Source: the human T2T-CHM13v2.0 reference genome, Homo sapiens. Taken from it: a DNA stretch of 64,000 bases. Position 1 is the stretch's first letter, and each line of letters starts with the position of its first letter. The DNA lies in NCBI RefSeq assembly GCF_009914755.1, contig NC_060946.1. One strand, given 5' to 3'. The notes below the pieces were generated by a model, which had not been told where the DNA came from, made no database searches, and saw nothing but the letters and a program-made list of their open reading frames with translations. Shown piece after piece: positions 1 to 12,228 of this stretch. Both the position numbers and the translations under genes were made by a program.

Positions 1-456
1 TCCCATCACAACTCTTGTGATCCCAGCTCTGAATATTGCACAGCAGAATGTCTGTCTCCACATTGAGCTTCACTGCCTGGCACAGTGCTTTCTTCCCCTT
101 CTCTTCCATTTTTGTCATCTGCATTGAACTACCCTTGATGTCATTTGTGACAGTGAGAGCAATGGCTAGAAAAGCCAGAAGAATCAATCACTGCCCAAGT
201 GCCAAGGATGAGGTCCACATGTTTAGTGTCCACCCAAAGACAGAGGACCATCATCCGGAAAGGAATGCTGTGCTCTCTAGTGCAATGTGCATTGGTCATG
301 ACCATAGTGTAAGAACAGCCCATTCCCTACTGACTGGGGGTACCAGCAATTGGCAAATGTGTGCTGGATTCCTCCCCCTACTAGAGATTCCCTACATCGG
401 GGGAAGAGTCTGGACTCTGAAGTTGTTACGTATCAGGCGTCACTCAGGGTGTGCAT

Positions 457-675
457 ACACCCCTGAGTTATGATGGTTCAACCTGCAAATCCTTGACACT
501 CAGCATGAAACCCATCATTAAGTCAAAGAGCATCTGAACTTACAGTGTTCAACTCATGATTTTTCTACTTTACAATGGATTTCTCAGGTTATTAAATGCA
601 TTTTTTACTTACAAGGTTTTTATTTACAATGAGTTTATTGGGAGGTGACCCCATTGTAACTTGAGAAATATCTCT
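457..675 (-). mobile_element. MER47/Tigger5-type TcMar DNA transposon remnant(s)
   Basis: 'tattaaatgcattttttacttacaagg...gaccccattgtaacttgaga' and 'catcattaagtcaaagagcatctg' resemble the reverse complement of the MER47 terminal sequence (from recall). Confidence 0.65.
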
Positions 676-689
676 GTGTGTGTTTGTGT

Positions 690-1115
690 AAATAAGGAAC
701 TGGTTCACATAATTATGGAGCCAGAAAAGTCCCACAATGTGCCACCTGTAAGCCAGAGACTTAGGAGAACTGGTGATGTCATTCGGTTCCAATACATAAG
801 AACCAGGAGAGCTGACAGTGTAAGTTCTAATGCAAGTCAAGGACAAGATGGCTGTCCCAGCTTGAAAACTGTTGGGCAGAGAATGACAGTGACTTCTCCC
901 TTACCCTTCCTTTAGTGTGATTCAGGTCTCCAACAGATTGAGTGATGGCCACCACACTGGTGAAATCATTGCTGAAATCATTGCTTTACTCAGTCCACCA
1001 GTTTGAATGTTAATCCCAATCCAAAACACTCTGAAAGATACACCCAGCATGATGTGTGGCCAAATATATGGGCATCCCCTGGCCTAATTCAAGTTGACTG
1101 ATAAATGAACCATCC
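690..1115 (-). mobile_element. MLT2-family (ERVL) LTR
   Basis: 'aaggaactggttcacataattatggag..aagtcccacaat', 'tttactcagtccacc', and end 'caagttgactgataaatgaaccatc' = reverse complement of the MLT2 5' end. Confidence 0.85.
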
Positions 1116-1124
1116 CAGGAGATG

Positions 1125-1300
1125 ACCCGCCTGGGATCAAATCCAGACTGCACTGTTTCCCAGCTATGAGATGTGGGCTGAGTTTCTCTGTGCCTCATGC
1201 TCAAAATGAGGATAAAGAGAGTAACTACCTTGTAGGGTTTACAAGGTAAGTACCTTGAGGTTAAAATGAGGAAATTCCTGCAAAGGGCTTGGAACACATC
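1125..1300 (+). mobile_element. MIR SINE
   Basis: 'ctgggatcaaatccagactg...ctctgtgcctca...aaaatgaggataa...tacctt' MIR core. Confidence 0.7.
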
Positions 1301-2299
1301 TTGCATGTTACACAAAGGTGCCACCAGATCATTCTCATCCCTGCAATCCTCTCTTCAGCCTGTGACTCCAACTCTCCACATCCTCATCATCTTGCAGGAG
1401 GTACGTGGCCCAGTCCCTTCTTCCCTTCCACGGACTCCCGAGTTGGGACAGAAATCATCCTTGGAGAACACAGTTTGAATTAATTAATGAAGTCTCCAAA
1501 AAAAAAGTTTCATCCTCCTCCCTTGCTATCTATCAAGCAACATCAGCCGCAAGAAATGAGAAAACATTTTTCTTCTCTAGAACATTCTACAAACAAGCCT
1601 TAATTTAAAAAAAATTAAAAAGTTTTAAAGCAGCAAAACTGGAAACACATAAACCCCCTCCAGAAAGTAGTTAATAGCAACTATTAAACATATAAATGAG
1701 TGTCATGATTGATTTTCTTCTGCACAAACCAGAGGGAATTTACAGTGGGCTCTGTGCTATTTGGCTTAGGGAGTATCTAGAAAGAAGGGTGAACCTCATG
1801 GTTTCAGAGATATACAGGCGTTGACCTACATTTCACTGCTATTTTGGAAGATTAAGACCACAAATGACATAACAGTTAATTGACTCTATAAATTTTACAT
1901 ATGAAAAGAAACATTTTCTTAATGAGTGTGAGTTTGTAATTTAGCTGCATTTTAATAATGGCTTAGAAAATTGAAAAGCCTGACAAACACACGATCGTTT
2001 CAAAGCTAGATCACATGATGCGATTGCCTTGGCCTTGACGTTGACCTTGTCCTCCACTCAGGGAGTGCACCTTACGGAGACACCCCAGGCCAACCTTGCT
2101 GGAAGAAATTATAAGCTCCCTCCAAATTCAGCGGGCCAGGGATGGAGCGGCGGCTCACATCCTAGGTGTTCAGGTCCCCAGGACTCTTTCTGCTTCATTC
2201 TTGCGTTTGTCAGCTTTTCCCTTGCATTGAGATGCACACGTGTTCTGTAAGGTTTATTCTTCCTTCATGTATTCATATGTGCTGAATACAACATGGTAG

Positions 2300-2450
2300 T
2301 CACATTTATTCCTTCCTTCATTTATTTAACAAAGGTTAATTAAGCCTTATGTCCTGTGTACTTTGCTAGGGACTCAGGTTACAGCAGTGAGGAAGACACT
2401 CACTGTCTGGACCTCCTGAAGGTTACTTGGAAGTAGAAGAGGGGGACATG
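2300..2450 (-). mobile_element. L2 3' end fragment
   Basis: 'ttcatttatttaacaaa...ttatgtcctgtgtactttgctagggactcaggttacagcagtga' typical reverse L2 tail. Confidence 0.6.
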
Positions 2451-2983
2451 AAACAAAGAAAAGCAAGGAAGAAGGAAATAATCTGAGAAAGAACAAAGGG
2501 TTGAGCACTTTGATAAGAGCCATCAGAACAGGCGAGCTCTCGCAATGTGCTGTGGGTGTACTCAGGGGACCACCCCTGAGCTCGGTTTCCCACTCGGCCT
2601 CCTCCAACCCAGACCCACAAAACTACCATTCAGAGTTATGTGTCACCCTGGATCCCAACAGCAACCCTGCAAGGTAATCACTGTTTCCTGTTGAAAATGA
2701 ACTCCACTGGTTTAGGGATGTGGCTCACACGGCCCTGCAGATGTGGATTCAGGAGATTCTCTCTGATTCCTGGCTAGTGCCCAGCCACTCTGAATCTCTG
2801 TCTCTTGCTGGGGTGGGAGAAGAGGTGGTGATTTCAGCTCTGCAAGCTGCTTCAAGGTTGGCCTTGCTCTAGTGTCCCCAGAGCCCCAGGCACAGGCTCT
2901 GGCTGAGTGGCCTTCATTACTACTCCTTAGACTATATGCACTTTTAATGTATTTCTCAATCAGGCCTCTCATCATGCTGCATA

Positions 2984-3073
2984 TAGTAGGTGCTCAATAA
3001 TTATCCAAGGAATGAGAGAATCAAATAATAGTAGGTGCTTAATAATTGTCCAAGGAATGAGAGGATCAAATAA
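2984..3073. repeat. 45-bp direct tandem duplication
   Basis: tagtaggtgctcaataattatccaaggaatgagagaatcaaataa x2 with 3 mismatches; unit resembles an L2/MIR 3' end. Confidence 0.9.
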
Positions 3074-3984
3074 CTACATCAGCTATTTGCAACACCAAAC
3101 TGATTGAAGATCTTGTCCTCTCCCTTCTTCCTCAACACAGTCCCTAAGATAAAACAAAATTCCAGATGCATGCCTGGCATGGAACCAACAACAACAACAA
3201 ACTTCATCCAAATGATACAGCATGAACCTGCAGCTTCCCCTTGCAGAGAACAAGGTGGCCACACGCTTGGTGTGGAGCTGGAGCCGGGCAGGACCTGGGC
3301 TTCAGCAGGACACAATCCTGCTGGAATCTCAGCTCCACAGGCTGAGACATCCCTGGACGCCTTCGTCTCTTCTCCCGGTCAGAGTGACGCACAGCCCATC
3401 TTTCTAAAAGCAACAACTTGCTGGGCCTGAAATACTCAGAGTCTGCGAGGAGATTAGCAAGACTCCCCTCTACCTCTAAGTCTCTCCTAGATGTCAAAAT
3501 GTTGACTTCGTCCCTGCTAAAATGTGGCTCTGAAAAAAAAAAATCACATCTTTTCAAATTCTCTGCAATCCCTGTGTCATTTGCAGCATATGTTCACGCA
3601 TAATGATGTTCCTAACTGAAGTGACATTTCAGAGTAATGAGCCTTCAGTGACAACGTGTGAGAGCTGTGACAAGTTTTCTCTAATATAAAAAGGAGTGTA
3701 GACAAACCAAAATCCACAGCCAAGACCTTCCAGCTGCTGGGGCTCCAGTGGGGCCTGTGAACCCTGTGCGTGTGCAGCAGGCCTGTGGCCCCGTGGGCCG
3801 GCCCTCACGGTGAGCACGCTGGGAACTCACGCGCACCCTCCTACCTGCTGGTGCCTGTCAAGTCCCACGTGCCGGATGATCCCACAGGGTTGGAGAGAGG
3901 GAGGGAGGCAAGTGCAAGGCAGGGACCCGGCAGGAGTAGAGCCGCAGAGCTGGGCCGAGGCTGCTAGAACCCCAGCCAGCAGAC

Positions 3985-4125
3985 ACCTCGGCCAAGCGAC
4001 TTCACTTCTCTGATCTTCTCTTCCAAACGGGACGATAACAGCCGCCTCCCAGGAATAAACCAGACAAATTGCTAAAGAAACTCCTCACGGGGCTGGCACA
4101 CAGGGGGTCTGTGTGCCATAAATGG
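3985..4125 (+). mobile_element. Degenerate MIR
   Basis: 'cctcggccaagcgacttcacttctctg...acgggacgataacag...ctggcacacag'. Confidence 0.5.
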
Positions 4126-5019
4126 AAACAACTGCTTTTATTTTTAAATGTATCCTACTTTTAGCTAAAGCTCAAGGATCCTCTAAGTCAAGGATTTGGG
4201 CGACAGACACCTTGCCCGCTTTGCCTCCTGAGAGGAGGGCGTTGATGGCCTTCGTCTGACAAGGTAGGAGGTGGATGCTGGGGTTGTCCCAGTGTTGCTG
4301 CTTGGCAGGGCCTCTTGCTCAAGACCCCCGAGGACCAGCCCAGGGTGGTGGGCTCCACCCCATGAGAGCCAAGAGGATGCAGTTCACCTGGGGAGCGAGG
4401 TGCACAAAATGGCCCTGTGCTCTGCCCCGTGGGAGACCTGGTCTTCCTCCTTCCCCAAAGGGGCCAGCCTTTGTCCTGGGGGCAGTGACGCCAGCCTGGG
4501 CCTCAGGCCTGGGCAGAGGGAAGGCAGTGGGGCCCACACCCTCAGCTATGGAACTCTAGGACCGGGTGCGTGTCCTGGAGAGGTAGGGCTACTCTACATC
4601 ACATCCCAGTGTGCACTAGGGCCCATTAAGAGGGGCTAAAGAAAATTCATCTCCTTCAGCTCTCCCAGCAGATCTGTTTGATTTGGGGCCAATCTGCATG
4701 GGAGGCTGAGAAGGAGCCTTGCTCAGCTGAATGTTCCCTCATTACATTTTCCCTGGGGATTGGCACCAGGAGCTGGAGTCACCTTCTCCCCTCAACACAA
4801 TTTATGTGCCTTCTCGGGGTCATCCCCGGGGTCGGAGACATGAGGCCCATCTATCTTTGCTTTACTTCCAAGTCAGAAGCTCCTTGAGTAACAGAATTTG
4901 TCTTCGAGGTGAGTGTAGGGACAGGGTCATGAATGTAGGGCTGAGTTTAATGCACACATCCTCGCCCTTGAAGAAACAAGTCTCAGAAGAAGCCTGTTCC
5001 AGTCCAGCTGCAAATGAAA

Positions 5020-5345
5020 GCCAAGCTGGGTGCCAGCCCCAGAGGTGAAGGAGTGGGTGTTGACTTCAGCTTGGTGCAGGTGCAGCTCTCTGGATTCCCC
5101 CCGCCAAGCTGGGTGCCGACCGCAGAGGTGAAGGAGGTGGCTGTTGACTTCAGCTGGGTGCAGGTGCAGCTCTCTGGATTCCCCCCTGCCAAGCTGGGTA
5201 CCAGCCCCAGAGGTGAAGGAGGCAGGTTTCGACTTCAGCTGGGTGCAGGTGCAGCTCTCTGGATTCCCCCCGCCAAGCTGGGTGCTGACCCCAGAGGCGA
5301 AGGAGGCAGGTTTTGACCTCAGCTGGGTGCAGGTGCAGCTCTCCG
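5020..5345. repeat. GC-rich minisatellite, ~84-bp unit x ~3.9
   Basis: Unit start 'gccaagctgggt' at 5020, 5103, 5188, 5272; units contain 'cagaggtgaagga...gacttcagctgggtgcaggtgcagctctc' with minor variants. Confidence 0.95.
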
Positions 5346-5439
5346 GGGCCCTACCTGCCCCCAGGTCACTGGTGATCTGCCCTCCTCTGCATGGCTTCTG
5401 TGCCTGGTCCACGGCCCTATTTAGTTATAGTTTTGTCTA

Positions 5440-5752
5440 TTTGAATTGTGGCCCCTAAATGATCCATTCATGAAGAACCTTGGAATGTGGGATTATTTGG
5501 AATAAAGTCTTTGCAGAAGTCATTAAGATGAGGTCATCCTGGATCAGGGTGGGTCCTAAATCCAAAGAGAAGTGTCCTTGTAGGAGACAAAAGAGAAGGC
5601 ACAGGGAGAAGAGGTCATGTGAAGATGGAGGCAGAGGCTGGAGTGCTGCGTCCGCACTACAGGGACCTTGATATCAGACTCCGGCCTCCCATGCTGGGAG
5701 AGAAGAAATGTCCATTGTTTTAAGCTGCTAGGTTTGTGGCCACGTGTTATCA
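5440..5752 (+). mobile_element. MaLR MLT1B/C-type solo LTR
   Basis: 'gaatgtgggattatttggaataaagtctttgcaga..attaagatgaggtcatcctggatcagggtgggtcctaaatcc', 'tgttttaagctgctaggtttgtgg'. Confidence 0.85.
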
Positions 5753-6599
5753 CCCCCTCCCCCCCACACCCAGGACACTCACAGGCCAGCCCGCTGTGAG
5801 CTTCTCATCCGTGTCCTGTGTGCCGACTTCCCCAGGAGACTCCCATCTCTTTGGGAATGCCCGTCCACTAATTAGTCATGTCTTTGTGCTTGGGTGCCAG
5901 TACACAGTAGGTGTAAAGCTTGTTAAGCCACACAGTTCCGGACACTTGAACATGGGGAATCTCTTGGAAGATACTCACTGAGAAAAGAGAAGGCTCTATG
6001 GCTTCTCATCAAGGAGGAAGAAGGGCTTGGGAGGAAACAATTGAGGGGAACAAAGGAAGGGGAATGTGAGGCAGCTTTTAACCGGCATTTCAAAAGCAGG
6101 AACCCTGGCCAGGGCAGGCTTGTGAGGGAGGAGGGCATGTCCAATTAATGAGACTCAAATCACTAAAGCAAGTTCTTCTGATCTTTTAAGGAGCAGAATT
6201 CAATGCTGAGACACAGACAGTGGGCTGTGATGAGGCTGGGGTGGGGACAGCGATGACCTACCCAGTGGCAGGCGAATGATTAGGGTGGGAAGTGCTGTCC
6301 CAGGGACAGGCAGGCCTGGGAACCCAGTGACGTCACTCATGTCATGTCTAAACCCCTTTCTGCCATCTTGGCACCTCTGCTAGCTGATTAAACACTCACG
6401 GAGGGCTGCCGGCATCCAGGAGCCACCTCTCCCTATACCTTGTGCAAGGACCGTCCCTACCTCCTGTGAACAGAGGTGGGTAACTGAGGCTTCCGTGAGT
6501 GCTCGCTGAGCTCCTAGCATGTGCTAGGTGCTCTGGGTACTTCACACGCTGCCCCAGGGCTCTCTGGCCCTGCCTGTGCGGTGGTGGCATGCAGTCATA

Positions 6600-6918
6600 T
6601 TCAGAGACGTGCTGTATAGCACGGTGCCTGTGTTTAATAGTCCAGTCTCACACACTTTAAAATACATTAGAGGAGAGACCTCATGTTAAGTGTTCCTACC
6701 ACATACACACCCTCACACCCCAACACACAGGCACACACCCTCACACCCCCCTCCCCATTCACACACAGAAGAGCAGCGGGAAATTTGGCAGGTGACGCAT
6801 GTCTTTAGTACTTGATGGTGAAGATGGCATCTCAGGCACACGCCTGCGCCCACACTCATCGAAATGTATCCTCCAAATGTGTGTGATTTTTGTATGTTAA
6901 TTATAGCTCAATAAAGTT
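6600..6918 (+). mobile_element. Old L1 (L1MB/MC-like) 3' end
   Basis: 'gctgtatagcacggtg..ttaatag', 'gagagacctcatgttaagtgttc', 'ttgatggtgaagatgg', ending 'ttatagctcaataaagtt'. Confidence 0.75.
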
Positions 6919-6923
6919 TTAGA

Positions 6924-7153
6924 GGCCGGGCATGGTGGCTCACGCCAGTGATCCCAGTACTTTGGGAGGCGAGGCGAGTGGATCACCTGAGGTCAGGAGT
7001 TCAAGACCAGCCTGGCCAACATGGCAAAACCTTGACTTTACCAAAAAATATTAAAAATTAGCTGGGCGTGGTAGCAAGCAGCTGTAATCCCAGCTACTCA
7101 GGAGGCTGAGGCAGGAGAATCGCTTGAACCCAGGAGGCGGAGGTTGTAGTGAG
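6924..7153 (+). mobile_element. AluS, 3'-truncated
   Basis: Starts ggccgggcatggtggctcacgcc; stops at 'gaggttgtagtgag' with no poly-A. Confidence 0.95.
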
Positions 7154-7739
7154 TGTCTCTATTTTAACAAGCATTTGGACAACATCATCTCCTGGTTGTG
7201 CTGCTTGAATCTTGGCCTTCCTGAGAACATTGGCCTGGTTCTGGAAGAGCCAGGCTCCCGTGTGGTTCCTGGGAGGTGCAGACGAAGGTGAGGACTCAGA
7301 GTTCCCTGCATGTCTGTGCACAGACAGGTGACTTGTCCTGAGCACCAGTACGTGTGGCAGAGCCCAACCCCAGCCCCAGCCCCTGTCCCCCATCAGCCTG
7401 CCTGTCCTGCACCCCAGGGCTTTCTGTCCAGCATCATGGTGCCTGGCCCTGTGCCTCCAGGAGCACTGTGAACTTGCTGGACCATGTTTTGTCTAATTTT
7501 AACCTCGTCGAATGAGATGCAATAGTATATGCCCCACAGGGCATCAGGGATGAAGCTTCCTGATGCATGATGTGCACCTAATAAGCACAATGTCCACCCC
7601 TCCTGTTGAACATGCACTGAGGAGAATGGGTCCCTGTGTCTCAGGTCAGGGGCAGCAGCAGCATCACCAAGCTTGGCTGAATCACCCTGGCTCACCCTCT
7701 GGCAACATGCAAAGACCAAAGCCTCTTGTGCTCCTTCTA

Positions 7740-8271
<532 letters not shown>

Positions 8272-8687
8272 TCAGGCCAGCTGAAAGCTGCTGCTGCCTT
8301 GCCCACCCTAAGCATTTTCTTTTAATTTTAATTGATATGATAATTATACCTATCTATAAAGTGTCATGTGACATTTCTGTGTATGTAAACATCATGTAAT
8401 GATCCAGGGTAATTAGCAAATCCACCACCTCCAACATTTGTCATTTCTTTGTGGGGAGAACATTCAAAGTCCTCTCTTCTGGCTATTTTGAAATCTACAA
8501 CACCTTACTGTTCAATGGTCACCTCACTGTGCAATGGAACACTGGGATGCATCCCTCCTCCTAACTGTACCTTAGCATCCTTTGACCAACCTCTCCCCAT
8601 CTCCACTCTCCCCACTCCTCATTCCCCAGACTCTGTAACCACCATTCTGCTATTTCTATAAGATTAACTTTCTGTTTTTGAAGGTAG

Positions 8688-9195
<508 letters not shown>

Positions 9196-9360
9196 TATAA
9201 GATCAACTTTTTAAGATACCACATATGATTTTGATTATACGGTACGTCTCTTTCTGTGCCTGGCTGATTTCACTTAACATAATGTCCTCCAGGTTCATCC
9301 ACATTGCTGCAAATGACAGGACTTGGTTATTTTTTATGGCTGAGTATTATTCCATCGTGT

Positions 9361-9653
9361 CTGAGGAGGCAAAGAAAAGGAGAATTTATACACCGTTTGT
9401 GGGAATGTAAACTAGCGCAACCATTATGGAAAACACTATGGAGATTTCTCAAAAAATTAAAAATAGAACTATCATGTGATCCAGCAATCCCACTTCCGGG
9501 TAGAGCATAGATTGAAGTCAATCTGTCTCTATCTAACTGAAATACCTGCCCTCCCAAGTCAATTTGAGCACTATTCACAATAGCCAAGACACGGAATGTA
9601 CCAAAGCGTCCATCCCCAAAGAGTGGATCCAGGGAATGTGGTGCATACACCAT
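9361..9653 (+). mobile_element. L1 ORF2 C-terminal segment, inverted relative to adjoining L1MA
   Basis: 'gtgggaatgtaaactag..aaccattatggaaaac..atagaactatcatgtgatccagcaatcccactt..gcactattcacaatagccaaga'. Confidence 0.85.
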
Positions 9654-10887
9654 CGGATCTGTTCCTGGTGCTCTGTCTTGCTTGCGATCAGCATCTCCCT
9701 GCTGCTGTGGTGCATGTCGGCCGCACAAGCCTGCCTTTATCTAGCCTGTTGAGGATTTAGAGTCTTAGATCCAAATTGTGTGTAAAATTGCATCATCAGG
9801 TCCAGAGAGGGAAGGACCAAGAACCCTTTTCTTGGGCAATGCGAATGGAATTTGGGACTTGTACTCTGCGGCTCAGAGCCTATGCATTTAACCTCTTCAT
9901 CTCCCAAGACATCCTGGTGTCTTATCTAAACTTTTGGCACAGAGGAAACCTTTCTGCACTGGCATGTGCTCACGGACCAGGCGGGGATTCCTGAGTGCGG
10001 CTGGTGGAAGGGAAGCTCATCCCAGAATTTATATAGCCCCTTTCCCCAAGGAGCCCCAAGCCTTACAAATGCCATCATTTTAGCCTTTTATATACTCGTT
10101 ACAGAGGTTTCAGAAACATTTTAAAATTAGACAAGCCTTAGCGTAGCTTGTAAAATTAAAAATAAACTGTAACAGCTTTAATGATGTTATATTAAATGCC
10201 GGGCCTAATATTACCTCCCATTTCTTTAATAGTTTATGGCTTTAAACACACTTTTAAATAACTTCGCATCATGTACAATTTTCAAAACAACGTTGTCTGG
10301 CAGCAGGAGGGCTGCCCCGTCTCTCACGCTGGGTGGCTGGCAGCTTGAGGCTCGGCTGCTGTGGGACCAAGGATGGATTTCCTGACAGAGACCCAAGGTC
10401 TGAGTGAAATTCTAGAACCTGCCACCGTTGGTCCCTCCTGCCATGACCCCATCCTCAGATCCACACTGTTGACCCCCTGCCACCCTCAGATCCCTCGGAC
10501 CACAGCTCTGGGCCTCCCCTCATCATTAATCCTACCTGGAGAGAGGATGGGGTGCTCTCCCTGACTTGGGAGCTCCAGAAGTGCAGGGACTTTGAGTGCT
10601 TTCAAGTGCTGTAGCCACTACCCATGGGACAGAATCCCATGGAGATAACCCACACTGGCTACCCTTCAGGGTCTGCTGTGGGCAGCCAAGGACAGGCTTC
10701 GGGACTATCCCCATCCCTCTTTGTTCCAACCCTTGCCTCTCTCCAGCTGCATGACTTTCAGCCTCGCTTCTTCATCTGCAATGTGGTAACAGTGCCAGGC
10801 AGTGTCATCATCCATGCAGGTGCTCGGAGAACGTGAGCATTCCTGAACTCCAGCACCTTGCCCATCCCCTCCCAGTTTTAGGCAAGC

Positions 10888-11223
10888 TTTTCTTTTCTTT
10901 TCTTTTCTTTTCTTTTCTTTTTTCTTTTTTTTTTGAGACCGAGTCTTGCTCTGTTGCCTAGGCTAGAGTGCTAGAGTGCAGTGGTGCGGTCTCGGCTCAC
11001 TGTGACCTCTGCCTTTCGGGGTTCAAGCAATTCTCTTGCCTCAGCCTCCCGAGTAGCTTGGACTACAGGCATGTGCCACCATGCCCGGCTAATTTTTGTA
11101 TTTTTAGTAGAGACAGGTTTTCACCATGTTGACCAGGCTGGTCTTGAACTCCTGACCTCGTGATCCACCTGCCTCAGCCTCCCAAAGTGCTGGGATTACA
11201 GGCGTGAACCACTTCACCTGGCC
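10888..11223 (-). mobile_element. AluS with (TTTTC)n tail
   Basis: Full Alu; internal 'ctagagtg' duplication; TSD-like taggcaagcttt / tagtcaagtttt. Confidence 0.95.
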
Positions 11224-11597
11224 TTAGTCAAGTTTTTGAGCATTTCATGGGTGATGATTCTCCCAGTCCTCATCCTATGGGAGGTAGCCATGGCAACCCA
11301 CCCGTATCTGCCAAGGACTCATTTTCTCCATGCCCGGTGCCTGCTATGCCACAGAGGGGATGGCTGCCTGCCAGTGGGCAGACAGAATCCAGGTGACTTA
11401 GAGGGTGTTTAGGAGGGAGGGCTAGGCCACCCTGAGCTTGGTGGGAGACAATGGGGCTGACTCAGAGAGCAGCCAAGGTAGGACAGCTCCCTCCCCATCC
11501 CTGGTCCTGATTTCTCATCTATAGCCTGGGGAGATTGACCTCAGTGAGCTCTGAAGCCCCCTAACCCTGAAACCCCAGGGTTCCATGCAGGACCAGC

Positions 11598-11690
11598 TAT
11601 AAAATTTATGGGTCCTGGTGCAGGAATTTCAAGACCATGGCGAGTGGTCTCAATGCACCTGCAAAGGCTGCTGTGCATGGTGCTGGCCTG
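11598..11690. mobile_element. Possible MER91-like hAT MITE remnant
   Basis: 'caggaccagctataaaatttatgggtcctggtgca..aatttcaagacc' resembles the recalled terminus. Confidence 0.35.
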
Positions 11691-12049
11691 GGCTTAATGA
11701 TTGCAAAGTCTTGGAGGAACAGGAGGCAGGGGACCTGGAAGGAAGGTGGGCGGCAGAGTAGCAGCCTCAGCAGGACTGAAGAAGAGTCGCCCTGGCCACT
11801 GGAGCCCCTTCCCTTCCTGGAGAAAGATCCGTGTGCAGGAAGATTCCAGAAGTCCTCAAGGGAATTACAGGCCAGCCTCTGCCACGGCAGGCCCTGATCG
11901 AGGCCTTGCATGCTTCTACTCCTGAGCAACAGAGGACTGTCTTCTCCCTCAGCTCTGGGCATTTTTGCTAACCTTGATCTCCCCAGCAACAAGGGGGAGG
12001 CAACAGCAGTCATCATGTCTGGGGCCTCCAAGGAGCAGATGCTGTGCTT

Positions 12050-12228
12050 GGCTCTACTGTTGACGGGCGTTATTTCATTTAAATAGCTTTTAGCATCTCA
12101 GGGTTATAGATTGCAGAGCAGAGTCTCAGAAATACTGAGTGACTTGCCTGGGTTGCCGAGAATTTGGTCGTGGTGGGGCCAAAATTTGAAACCAGGCAGC
12201 TACCTCCAAGAGCCCAGGCTCTTGACCT
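12050..12228 (-). mobile_element. MIR SINE
   Basis: 'ctcagaaatactgagtgacttgcctggg...atttgaaaccaggcag..ctccaagagcccaggctctt'. Confidence 0.65.

Noticed and set aside
1-456. Possible ERVL internal sequence or 145-aa ORF next to the MLT2 LTR
   Set aside because: Could not match to a recalled consensus or protein; left unannotated
442-468. Short near-palindrome actcagggtgtgcatacacccctgagt
   Set aside because: Short, overlaps the MER47 terminus; no further support
4927-5458. Repetitive ORFs (PESCTCTQL, VQVQLSG resembling Ig VH starts) and a possible CRISPR-like periodicity
   Set aside because: Products of the ~84-bp minisatellite; units are near-identical end to end with no unique spacers, and there is no Ig domain, RSS or cas gene
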